NCBI GenBank assembly: GCA_002269645.1
Contig: NIVC01002617.1
Location: forward strand, 62,001 to 126,000
Direction of reading: 5' to 3'
DNA from: Macrostomum lignano
Taxonomy: Eukaryota
Length of the DNA: 64,000 nucleotides
Below are positions 39,286-52,300 of the stretch, in pieces. Position 1 is the stretch's first letter; every line of letters begins with the position of its first letter. The notes beneath the pieces are model-generated. The model made no database searches and was not told the origin of the DNA. It saw only the letters and a program-made list of their open reading frames with translations. A program made the position numbers and the translations under genes.

Positions 39286-40360
39286 AGTTCTTTTAAGGAA
39301 TATTTTATTCAGAGAAATGATTACTAACAGACTCCAAACTAAAAAAAACATCACAAAAGAAAGATGAATAGTATGTAAAGAGTATGTATGCAGGAGAACA
39401 ATGGTACAAATTCATTAATGTTATCACGATGATGTATAAATTTATTTAGTTAAAAGCTAGCGGCTTACAGTTGAAGCATATTGTACAGTCAAGTGCTTGA
39501 TCAAACTAATTCAGAGTAATTGATATAGACAGAAATATGCGCAACCCGAAGAACAAGCTAAAATTGATTTCTACTACAAGATCTATTCATTAACTTTTAT
39601 TTCAAAAAATGCCATATCTTTATTATTATATTAGTATGCTTTTATGTAGGCGTAGGCAATATTGAAGTACATTTTCTGAGCCTTTAACCTGTAAAGTGAA
39701 CAATCGCATGTTCGACACTAATAGAGAATTTATATAAACATTCTATGCAGACTAATGTGCTATTCACACTAAACTAAGTAGTGTATAAAGCACTATTGGA
39801 TAACTAAACTAGAATGCTCTGGAGAAATCGGGTCACTCTTCGCTGAATTTGTCTATGGCCGAAACCCCATTAAGCGCAATGCGTTCTCGAATACATGTAG
39901 GCTCCTTACCAAGAACATCTGTCGCGATTTTTAATCTCAGCTTGAAAAGGACATAAAAAAGCAACACAGCAGATTGAGGGTGAGCTTGCAGGCCAGCCAC
40001 AATCTCAGACAATTCAGTCAGCCATTAACATTGGTAAAGTAAAACAAATGGTAGCGAACCTTGACAAAGCAACTTTTGTTTAACAATCAGATCAATGTAA
40101 ATCCTTAAGCTACAGAGCAGAATCAATTAAAAGATTTTTAATCAATTTGGTATAGAAAAATAGACTTGTTTTTTGTGAGTTTATAATCCGACTGTTTATG
40201 AGAAGGCATGCAGACAGACAGACAGACAACTTTGTTCAGAGGAAGAGCTACAGGTATTTGGACGGCTACACTACTGTATAAAAATACAAAGGCTGATTGG
40301 AAATTCGAATCGGATTTAATCAGCTGATATTCGGCCGGCATTCACGGCTGCTTGGACGCG

Positions 40361-43300
40361 TCAGCTTGAGATGCTCGCTCGAGCCGGGCGGACAGCTCGC
40401 GGACTTTGTCGCCCCAGTACTCGCCGCTCCGCTGCAGCTGGCCTGACAGCTGAAATATTGGCCCGGGCTGAGCTAATTAAGGCGAAAATACCTTAATAAA
40501 TTGCTGGGATGCCAAGACTCATGGGGGGAATTACTCAGATGCCAAGACTCAAGGGGGGAATTACTCAGATGCCAAGACTCAAGGGGGAATTACTCAGATG
40601 CCAAGACTTAAGGGGGAATTATTCAGATGCCAAGACTCAAGGGAGGAATTACTGAGATGCCAAGACTCAAGGGGGAATAACTGAGATGCCAAGACTCAAG
40701 GGGGAATAACTGAGATGCCAAGACTCAAGGGGGAATTACTGAGATGCCAAGACTCAAGGGGGAATTACTGAGATGCCAAGACTCAAGGGGGAATTACTGA
40801 GATGCCAAGACTCAAGGGGGGAATTACTCAGATGCCAAGGCTCAAGGGGGAATTACTGAGATGCCAAGGCTCAAGAGGGACTGACTGAAATGGCAAAGTT
40901 CAAATGAAATCGCTTTAGCCCAAATCAAGTCTGTGTTGTGACCCAACTCAACCCAACTCAATGTTGTGAGAGCTGCTCACCTCGCTACACCGGCTAATCC
41001 AGTAGTTCTTGTCCAGCTGGCTCGCATCGGACACTCCAGCCTCCTTCATCGCGCTTTCAACAGCGGAGCGAATCTGAATATAAAAGAAGTAAAATTTGCG
41101 AGGCTACAAGGGTCAACTTCATGATAGGCTTATTTGTGGCGCCAACAGGGGTTATCAGGGGCTCCAACAGGGGGTACATGGGATCAACAAAGTATCCCTA
41201 AACAAGCTTAAATTAGAATAAATTAGCACTTTTTAGTGTTAGTACAGTAAAGTAAATTGATAAAGAAAAATAAAAATAGGTTAAGTATTCACGCATTTCT
41301 ACTAATAAGTAGGCTGTAGAGTAAGCAACGTACTTTTTCTCGATCAACGTTGGACAAACCAAGATTGGCGGCCTGAAATGAAATTTTAATCAGTAACAAA
41401 GAGCTAAAATATTTTAAACTAATAGCACACTAAATTTATAGTGTACATGTGCATCTTAATAAACTATCGGGTTTGTGCTGGGCATGCGAGCCGACTAATC
41501 TAATCAATGCAAGATGAAACGGGAAAGGAGTTGGAAATAACAATATAAGACAAAGGGGAAAATCAGAGGAAAGTTTTAGCACTAGAAATATTCGCGTGAA
41601 TATTTTTAATATCTTATAAAAATGCCTTATTAAGAAAACTTTCCAATTGCTTCTGTTCACACCAACGGGGTCATTTAAAGGTCATCACTATAACTTCAGC
41701 CACTCTCAGGTCATCGCTAAGGTCATCATCTCATTGTTGTTTTTACTTTTTATAACTTCAGTTCTTAGGACCACTGTCTGGTTGCCACTAAGGTCACTCT
41801 TTGGTTGCCACTAAGGTCACTCTTTGGTTGCCCGTAAGGTCACTCTTTGGTTGCCCCTAAGGTCACTCTTTGGTTGCCACTAAGGTCACTCTTTGGTTGC
41901 CCGTAAGGTCACTCTTTGGTTGCCCCTAAGGTCACTCTTTGGTTGCCACTAAGGTCACTCTTTGGTTGCCACTAAGGTCACTCTTTGGTTGCCACTAAGG
42001 TCACTCTTTGGTTGCCACTAAGGTCACTCTTTGGTTGCCACTAAGGTCACTCTTTGGTTGCCACTAAGGTCACTCTTTGGTTGCCACTAAGGTCACTCTT
42101 TGGTTGTCACTAAGGTCACTCTTTGGTTGCCACTAAGGTCACTCTTTGGTTGCCCGTAAGGTCACTCTTTGGTTGCCCCTAAGGTCACTCTTTGGTTGCC
42201 ACTAAGGTCACTCTTTGGTTGCCCGTAAGGTCACTCTTTGGTTGCCCCTAAGGTCACTCTTTGGTTGCCACTAAGGTCACTCTTTGGTTGCCACTAAGGT
42301 CACTCTTTGGTTGCCACTAAGGTCACTCTTTGGTTGTCACTAAGGTCACTCTGGTTGTCACTAAGGTCACTCTTTGGTTGTCACTAAGGTCACTCTTTGG
42401 TTGCCCCTAAGGTCACTCTCTGGTTGCTCAGAGGTCATCTCAAGGTAATGACTAGCTTCAGTCCTCAGTCTCACTGAAAGTTTATGGCTAATTAAATACA
42501 AGGTTATAATATAACTATAAAACCTCTCACACTTTTCTGGTCGCTTTTAAAAGCACCTGGCATCCTATTGAGGGTCATTTAGGGTCACCAAAAGTACACC
42601 AAAAAGAACAGATTAGATTTTAAAGTTAAAGAAAAACCGGGCCCGAGCCTCCCTGCTCACCGCCTGATCGTCGAAGAACACCTGAAACGCCCGCGCCTCA
42701 AGCTGCGCCTTCAACGCGCCGACAGTCTGGTCGCGGCTCTCCGCCTGCACCCTGTAGGACTGCGCGGCCAGCCTCTCCCGCTCCAGCTCGCTGCGCAGCT
42801 GCCGGTTCTCCTTCTGCAGCTGGTTAATCTGCTGGTTCAGCCGGCTCACAGAGTCGGTGCTGTCCCGCAGCCGGCCGTGCAGCTCCTCCAGCGCCGCCGC
42901 CCGATCCGTGTCGCCCAGCTCGCAGTCGTGCAGCCGAGTTCTCAGCTGGTTGAGCAGCGCCTGCTGCTGAGCCGAATGGCTTTGCAAGGCCCGGAATTTG
43001 TCCAGATCCACCGGCTTGGCCTGGCCGAGCTGGCCGCGCAGCTGCTCAGCCTGGTCGGCCAGCTTGTCCCGCTCCTGCTGCAGGGCCGCTATTGCCCGGC
43101 TCTGCTCCCGGATCTTCTTGCCAAGCTTCTCGTTGGCTGCCTTCTGATCGGCCACCCAGGTGTTCACGTTGCTCACCACCAGCTCGCTGTCGCGATGGAG
43201 CCGCTCGGCGTTGGCCCGGCTGTCCTCCAGGGCCATGCGAAGGTTGCCGCACTCATCGTGCAGCTGCTGCAGCGAGGCCTTGGCCTGGTCCAGCTCGTCT

Positions 43301-46300
43301 TGGCGGGCGCGCAGGCGCTCACTGAGGCCGGTGTTGTCCACCTGGCAGGGGAGTTGAAGGGGGATGAAGCTGGAAGGATGAGGCTGGAAGGACGAGGCTG
43401 GAAGGACGAGGCTGGAAGGATGAGGCTGGAAGGACGAGGCTGGAAGGACGAGGCTGGAAGGATGAGGCTGGAAGGACGAGGCTGGAAGGACGAGGCTGGA
43501 AGGATGAGGCTGGAAGGATGAGGCTGGAAGGATGAGGCTGGAAGGACGAGGCTGGAAGGACGAGGCTGGAAGGACGAGGCTGGAAGGATGAGGCTGGAAG
43601 GATGAGGCTGGAAGGATGAGGCTGGAAGGATGAGGCTGGAAGGATGAGGCTGGAAGGATGAGGCCGAAAGAATGAGGCTGGAGAAATGGGGTTGGAAGGC
43701 TGGAAGAGGAGAGTTTTTAGCGAGTCGCTAACTTTTTATCCCAGTAGAAACCAGGCCTCACCTTGAGCACCACCAGCTCCTCCTCCCGCTCGGACAGCTC
43801 CCGGCCAGCTGCTGCGCCCGCTCCTCGGCCCGCCGCTTGTCCTTGTCAGTCTGCTCCAGACGGCGCGCCATCTCCGCCTTGGCTTCCTCGACCCGTTGCA
43901 CCGTCTCGTAGACTCGCGCCGCGTCCTCCCTCGCCCTACGCGCCGCCTCCTCCGCGCCGGCCAGCTGCTCGGCCAGGCTGGCGGCCTGCGCGTCCGTCCG
44001 GGCGGACTCCTGCCGCAGGCGGACCAGCTCCCGGCCGCGCTCGTCCAGACTTTGTGCCGATTCTTTATTAGCAGACTGGGCCGACTGCAGCTGGCGTTGA
44101 AGCTCCTCAGCTGCCCTCTGGCGTTCGCTCAGCTCGGCGTTCAGCCGCGTTGTCGCCGCCTCCCGGTCTGCGAGCTGGCGCTGCAGAGTGGACACCTGCG
44201 GCCGGGTGGTAGGATTGAAATAGTGAATGTCGCATCCGAGGCCTTGGGTACAGGTCAGTATAACTTTTTCATCAGAGGCAGGGGGTTGTGTGCACCCTGG
44301 CGCACTTCAGGCGACATTTTTACACCATTGGCATTACTGACCATTCCGCCGACTCCCCTGAGCAGGCACACAAGCGCACGGATACGTACGCAGTCATACG
44401 CACAGGCACAGACTCACAGGAGTGTACAGCGGCCCTAACTTTATTTATCGTTGGCATATACACTTCACTGTGCCTTGGGGGTTGGCTCTCAAGAGCGTTA
44501 AATGCACGAGCAGAGCCAAGCTGAGATTCCAATTTAGCCTCAAATTAATGTGACTGCACTTGAAATCGAGCCTGGGCTGCTGGCACATCAGAGCGCCGCG
44601 CTGGACCACTAGACTATGCCCTCCTCAGGTTAGTACAACTCAATCCTCTTTCTACCGCAGCTCAGAGCTGCTGCCAAGCCACTTCAGACCACAGTGGAGG
44701 GGCTTACTTGAGTGATTCGAAACAACGCAAGCCGATTCAACTGCGTACTAACCATAGACAACTGTGCTTAACTTGACCACACTTCAGCTGGCCAATCAAT
44801 CTCGCTCACCTGCTCCAGCAGCCGTTTCACCTCCTCGCCCCGCTGTCCAGCCTCCTTCAAGGCGGCCTGCAGTTGCTGCCGCAGCGCCCTCGCCGCGACG
44901 TCCTTCTCAGCGCCGCTCTCGTGCATCTGCCGGAGCCGCTCGCCCATGGCCTCGAGCTCCTCGGTGAGCTCGGCCAGGCTCTGCTCCCGCTCCTTGCTCC
45001 GCGCGACCAGGTCCTTCTCGCAGCGCCGGCCGGTCTCCAGCTCGTCCTGCAGTTCGCTCACAAGCCGTCGAGTGGCGGCGAACTGCTTGCCGATATCGGC
45101 GCTCCTGGACCGCTCCAGCTTGAGCTCAGCTTGCAGCTGCACCAGCAGTTGCTCCTGCTGCTCAACCTGCCTAGCCAGCAGCCGCTCGTGCTCTCGATGA
45201 CCTTCAACCTCCACCTCGGCCTTCTGCAACCGCTGCCGCTGCGACTGAGCCTCCTGAGCGGAGCTGTGCGCCTCCTCCTTCACCGACAGCACGTCGCGTC
45301 GCAGCCGCTCAACCGAGGCGCGCTGATCGGCGAGCTCGGCTTCGCTGGCCGCGCATCGCTCCTGCAACAGGCGCAGCTCCGCCCCGGCCCGGCTGGCCGC
45401 CGCCTCGTGCTGCGCCGCCTCCTGCGCCTTGGCGGCCACCTCCGACTGCAGTTGGGCCACCTGCTGGCTGAGCTGCTCAGCCTTCTCCTCTTGAAGCTCC
45501 GCTAAGCGAGTGGACTCTCTGGAAGTGAGGATCAGAGATTAGCGTGTTGCTCCTGTAAAAATCTCAAAACATCGTATCGTCAAAAAGGCATCGCCATAAA
45601 ATAAATATTCACAGGAAGGCTACGGGCACCCTGGCGCAACGCCATCGGTGAAATCGTCCAACAGCCCGCGCTGAGGCAATTCTGCCCATTCCGCTGACTT
45701 CTGAGCCCATGCAAGAGTACCAATACTGTACGCACTCAAACACAGCTCACACAGGGTGTACAGCAGCCCTGACTATCTAATCGTCAGGCATGTACACTCT
45801 CTGTGCCTTTGGGGTTGGCAAGTTTGCGTGCACAAGCCCCAAATGAATGTGGCCGAGCACGGAATCGAACCAAGGAGTGACGCTTTTACTGCTGAGCTAC
45901 CGGTTTACTGCTGAGCTACCGGTTTACTGCTGAGTTACCGGTTTACTGCTGAGCTACCGGTTTACTGCTGAGCTACCGGTTTACTGCTGAGCTACCGGTT
46001 TACTGCTGAGCTACCGGTTTACTGCTGAGCTACCGGTTTACTGCTGAGCTACGGGTTTACTGCTGAGCTACCGGTTTACTGCTGAGCTACCGGTTTACTG
46101 CTGAGCTACCGGTTTACTGCTGAGCTACCGGTTTACTGCTGAGCTACCGGTTTACTGCTGAGCTACCGGTTTACTGCTGAGCTACCGGTTTACTGCTGAG
46201 CTACCGGTTTACTGCTGAGCTACCGGTTTACTGCTGAGCTACCGGTTTACTGCTGAGCTACCGGTTTACTGCTGAGCTACCGGTTTTCTGCTGAGCTACC

Positions 46301-49300
46301 GGTTTACTGCTGAGCTACCGGTTTACTGCTGAGTTACCGGTTTACTGCTGAGCTACCGGTTTACTGCTGAGCTACCGGTTTACTGCTGAGCTAGCTCGTC
46401 AAAAAGAGACCGGCTGTAAATCTTGCTCGCTCGAAATTTCGCATCATCAAAATCATGAAGACGCTCCCTCACCTGGACTGCGAGCGCAGCTCCGCCAGCT
46501 CCCGCTTGGCCCGGTCCGCCTCCTGCTGCCAGGCAGCCACCTCGGCGGCCAGGTCGGCCTTCTCGCACTCGCTGGCCCGCAGCTCTGCCTGGCATTCACT
46601 GAGGCTCGTCTCAGCCAGCTCCAGCTCCTCCAGCTTCTTCTCTGTCGCATCCTTCAGCGTGTCGTAGTCCGCCCGCAGCCGGTTGGCTTCCGCCGACTTG
46701 GCCGATAACTCCTGGCGTAGAGATGTTGCCAACTCAGCATGACGCTGAGCGTCGGCTTCAAGTCGCGACTGAGACTCTTGCAGTCGAGCCTGGTCTGCTT
46801 GCTGTCTCTGCTGCGCCGAGGACAGCTGATGCTGCAGCTGCTGAACCTGCCGGAGTTGGAACGGGAGTTAGAAAGCTTGAAGTTATTTTGAGTTGTTACT
46901 GTGGAGTGGCGATGTACATTTATGAGTTGGATTATTCACTAGGACTGTATATCATGTTGAGTTTATGTTGAGTTTCTAAAACTGGGGCAGTGTACATCAG
47001 GGGTAGAGTTTTTAGAACTAGGGGCAGTGTACACTGGGGGTAGAGTTTTTAGAACTGGGGGAAATGTACACTGGGGGTAAAGTTTTTAGAACTGGGCGAA
47101 ATGTACACAGAGGGTAGAGTTTTAGAACTGAGGGAAATGTACACTGGGGGTAGGGTTTTTAGAACTGGAGGCAGCGTAAAATGGGGGTTAGGGTTTTATG
47201 ATGGCGGCTATGTACACTGATGGAAGGGTTTTTTATTAGTAAGGTTGCGTAAACTGACGGTAGAGTTTGTGTGGGCATTGTGCACTACACCGATAGGACT
47301 GCGGTCATGAACCCACCGCCTGCTCCAGCTTGGCAAACTCGGATGCGTTGGACTGTCTCTGCTCCCGCGCCGACGCCAGCTCGCTGCGCATGTCCCGCGC
47401 CGCCTCCTGCAGCTCCTGCACGTGAGCAGTCCGCGCGGCCAATTGGCGCTGCGCCTCATCCAGCTTCAGCGCTAGTGCGTCGGCGCGGCCCTGTACCTCC
47501 TCGAACTCCGCGTCGCTGCGCTGGTGCGAGTCCCGGAAGCCCGCCAACTCAGCCGCGGCCTGCCGCTCCCGCTCCTTCGCCTTGCTAGCCAGCAGCTCCT
47601 GCTCCTCCAGCCGTTCCTCAGACTCAGCCAGCTCAGCCTCCTTCTTTCGGAGCCTCTCGGCGCTGGCGGCCAGTTCCGACTGGGCTGTGGACAGCTCCGA
47701 GGTCAACTGCCGGATGCACTCCTCGCATTGGCGCGTCTGCAGCCGGTGCTCCTCCAGCTGCTTGCTCAGAGACTCAGCCTCATCGCGCGACCGATCCAAC
47801 TCTGCGGACAGCTCTGACTGGCGCCGCTCCGCCGCCTCCGCTTGCTCGCGATGGGACGTCTGCTGCCCGGTCAGAGCCTCCAGCTGGCCCTGCATAGAAT
47901 GAGGCGGTCCGGTGTAGCCTGTGATCCCATCCTGTGTGATCCCATCCTGTGTTATCCCATCCATCCCGTGTGATCCATCCTATCTGATCCCATCCTGTGT
48001 GATTCTCCCTGTGTGATCCCATCCATCCCGTGTGATCCTCCCTGTGTGATCCCACCCATTCCGTGTGATCCCACCCATCCCGTGTGATCCCACCCATCCC
48101 GTGTGATCCCATCCTGCGTGATCCCATCCTGCGTGATCCCATCCTGCGTGATCCCATCCTATCTTACTCCAGCCTTCGCCCACTCACCTGAACGCTGGCC
48201 AGCCTTGTCCGAGTTTGCGACAGTGTCTGCTCCAGCCTCGTCACGTCGCCTCTGGCCGCCTCGGCCTCCCGCTCCAGCTGCTGTCCGAGCGCCCGCTCGC
48301 GCTGCAGCTCGGCGTCCGCCTCGCGGGCCCGGCCGGCCAGCCTGTGACAGTCATTGTCCAGCTTGTGCGCCCGCGACCGCGCCTCGGCCAGCGCCGCCTC
48401 CAGGCTCTCGATGGTCTTGCGCAGTCCGAAATTCGCGTTCTGAGCCTCTTCAAGCTCCGATGTGGCCTCCTCGAGATTGGCCTCGAGGCTGCGCAGGTCG
48501 CTCTGGTACTTGGCCGCCTCCTCCTGCTTGGCGGTCCGCTCGAGCTCCGCCTCTCGCCGGAGGGTGCCGGCCGCCGCCTGCTGGTTCTGAAGCTCCTGGA
48601 GCAGCACCTAGGTTTCGGCAATTTGTGGGGATGAGGATACTGAGAGGAAATCTGTGATGATTTGTGAATTACGAATCGTATTGACTTTTTCTTTAGCCGT
48701 CCGCGCACGGCCGCATTAATTTCCTCCCGCCATCCCCTCAAACTCTGGCTGCAATCCCCTCAAACTCTGGCTGCCATCCCCTCAAAGTCCGCATTTATGT
48801 CCGCTTTACACCTCTTCCCGCTACTCGTTAGTAGGCTATACTTTTAATCGGCAACGTCAGTAAGCAGAAAAGCTGCAGACCTGCTGCTCCTGCTGCAGAT
48901 GATTGCAGGCCTGCTCCTGGGACTTCAGCCGCTCCTCCAGCTGCTCCGTGGCCGCGGACGCCTTTCGCAGTTCCGCCTGCGTCTCCTTGACTTTGCGCTG
49001 CAGCCGGCCGATCTCAGCGTCTTTCAGCGCCGTCTCCTCTTTAGCGCTCGACAACCGGCGCAGCGCCGCCTCCAAGTCGGAGCCCAGCCCCGCTGTCTGC
49101 TGGTCGCGCTCGGCGCAGTCCCGCTGCAGTGAGCGGCACCGCTCAGCCTGGGTGCGCAGCTCCGCCTCCAGCTGCTTCACCGACTCAGTACACCTGGCGT
49201 GATCAGCCTGGGCCCGCTGCCAGGCGGACTTCAGCTCCGCCACCTGCGACTTCGCCTTCTCCAGCTCATCTTCCACTCGGATCGACTGTTTCCGGGTTCG

Positions 49301-52300
49301 GGTTTCATTCGGGAATTATTCAGGGCCATTGTGGTGTGTGATTCGGGTTATTATGGTGGGTGATTCGGGTTATTATGGTGGGTGATTCGGGTGATTATGG
49401 TTGGTGATTCGGGTTATTATGGTGGGTGATTCGGGTTATTATGGTGGGTGATTCGGGTTATTATGGTGTGTGATTCGGGTTATTATGGTGGGTGATTCGG
49501 GTTATTATGGTGGGTGATTCGGGTTATTATGGTGGGTGATTCGGGTTATTATGGTGGGTGATTCGGGTTATTATGGTGGGTGATTCGGGTTATTATGGTG
49601 GGTGATTCGGGTTATTATGGTGGGTGATTCGGGTTATTATGGTGGGTGATTCGGGTGATTATGGTGGGTGATTCGGGTTATTATGGTGGGTGATTCGGGT
49701 TATTATGGTGGGTGATTCGGGTTATTATGGTGGGTGATTCGGGTTATTATGGTGGGTGATTCGGGTTATTATGGTGGGTGATTCGGGTGATTATGGTGGG
49801 TTATTCGGGTTATTATGGTGGGTGATTCGGGTTATTATGGTGGGTGATTCGGGTTATTATGGTGGGTGATTCGGGTTATTATGGTGGGTGATTCGGGTTA
49901 TTTATGGTGGGTGATTCGGGTTATTATGGTGGGTGATTCGGGTGATTATGGTTGGTGATTCGGGTTATTATGGTGGGTGATTCGGGTTATTATGGTGGGT
50001 GATTCGGGTTATTATGGTGGGTGATTCGGGTTATTATGGTGGGTGATTCGGGTTATTATGGTGTGTGATTCGGGTTATTATGGTGGGTGATTCGGGTTAT
50101 TTATGGTTGGTGATTCGGGTGATTATGGTGGGTGATTCGGGTTATTATAGTTGGTGATTCGGGTGATTATGGTGGGTGATTCGGGTTATTATGGTGGATG
50201 ATTCGGATTATTTATGGTGGGTGATTCTGGTTATTATGGTGGGTGATTCGGGTGATTCGGGTGATTATGGTGGGTGATTCGGGTTATTATGGTGGATGAT
50301 TCGGATTATTTATGGTGGGTGATTCGGGTTATTATGGTGGGTGATTCGGGTGATTCGGGTGATTATGGTGGGTGATTCGGGTTTATATGGTGATTCGGGT
50401 TATTGTGGTGGGTGATCGGGTCATCGTGGTGGGTGATCGGGTCATTGTGGCGGGTGATCGGGTCATTGTGCCGGGTGATTGGGTCATTGTGTTAAAGGCG
50501 ACTGAGTCATTGTCGTTAAGTCCCGACCCAATCAGCTCACCTCATCGTAGCAGTTGGTGTACTGCGACTGCGACTCCAGCAGGTCCTCCTGCAGCTGCTT
50601 GATTGTCCTCTCCCGATTGGCGAGCTGTGAATTTCAGACGAGCCAGCAAGCCAGCTATGCAGCTCAATTGTCAACAAATCGATAAGGAAGCACAGCACTC
50701 ACCTCTTCTTCGCTTCGGCGCTTGACTTCCTCGACTTCTAGCTGGGACTGCGCAAGAGCTTCCTGCAGCCGCTTGATGGTGTCTGACTGCTTGGTCATCT
50801 GGAATGCGGGTGTGCGGGGTGTACAGCTACTTTCTCATCGTCAGGCATGTACACTGCGCCTTGGTGTTGGCCCTCATGAACGCGAATATCATGGCGAACC
50901 CCAGATGGAATAGCAAATCTACAAGATAGAATCTTAGTTCTACAAAATAGAATCACAGATCTACAGATAGAATAGGAGATCTACAAGATACAATAGGAGA
51001 TCTACAAGATAGAATCGCAGATCTACAAGATAGAATAGGAGATCTACAAGATAGAATCTCAGATCTACAAGATCGAATCACGGATCTACAGATAGAATAG
51101 CAGTTCTACAAGATAGAATCGCAGATCTACAGATAGAATAGCAGTTCTACAAGATAGAATCACAGATCTACAACATAGAAATAGCAGATCTAAAAGATCG
51201 AATCGCAGATCTACAAGATAGAATTCCAGATCTATAAGCCGACCCACAGTCACAGGCCCTCACCTCCTGCACTCGATCCTGGTACTTGTTCTTCAGCTTC
51301 TGCGTCTCTCCACTCAGCCTGGCCAGCAGGTCGTCTCGCTGCATCAGCCGCTGGCTGAGCTCCCGGTTGTCGGCTGCCAGCGACTCCAACTCGGCCCGCG
51401 TGCCTGCCAGCTGCTCCTCCCGGCTGCTGATCTGCCTACGGGCGGCCTCCAGCTCACCTGCGCGCGAGCTTAACTCCTGCTGCTGGCCGCGGCTGGCCTC
51501 CTGCAGGCGCTTCGTCTACCACGTGAGGTGGATGGTTGGGGTGGTGGGTGATTGGGGTGGTGGGTGATTGGGGTGGTGGGTGATTGGGGTGGTGGGTGAT
51601 TGGGGTGGTGGGTGATTGGGGTGGTGGGTGATTGGGGTGGTGGGTGATTGGGGTGGTGGGTGATTGGGGTGGTGGGTGATTGGGGTGGTAGTTGATTGGG
51701 TTGGTGGGTGATTGGGGTGGTAGTTGATTGGGTTGGTGGGTGATTGGGGTGGTGGGTGATTGGGGTGGTAGTTGATTGGGTTGGTGGGTGATTGGGGTGG
51801 TAGGTGATTAGGGTGGTAGTTGATTTGAGTGGTAGTTGATTGAGGTGGTGGGTGATTGGGGTGCTCGGTGATTGGGGTGGTGGGTGATTGGGGTGGTAGT
51901 TGATTGGGTTGGTGGGTGATTGGGGTGGTAGGTGATTAGGGTGGTAGTTGATTAGGGTGGTAGTTGATTGGGGTGGTGGGTGATTGGGGTGGTGGGTGAT
52001 TGGGGTGGTGGGTGATTGGGGTGGTGGGTGATTGGGGTGGTGGGTGATTAGAGTGGGTGTCCGGTAGTCAAAGAGATTCCCTTGATCAGAAATCGCCATC
52101 ACTCACCTGCACTCGCAGCTCCTCAGCCCGTTTTCGCGCCTCCTCAGCCTCAGACTTGGCCCGCTGCAGCTCCGCTTCCAGCCTGGCCGACTCCGCCTTG
52201 GCCGCCTTGGCCGACTTGCTGGCCGCCTCCGCCTGCTTCTCCAGGCCGGCGCAGCGCTCCTCCAGCCGGCTGCGCGCCTCCTGCTGCCTGGCCGCCTCCT

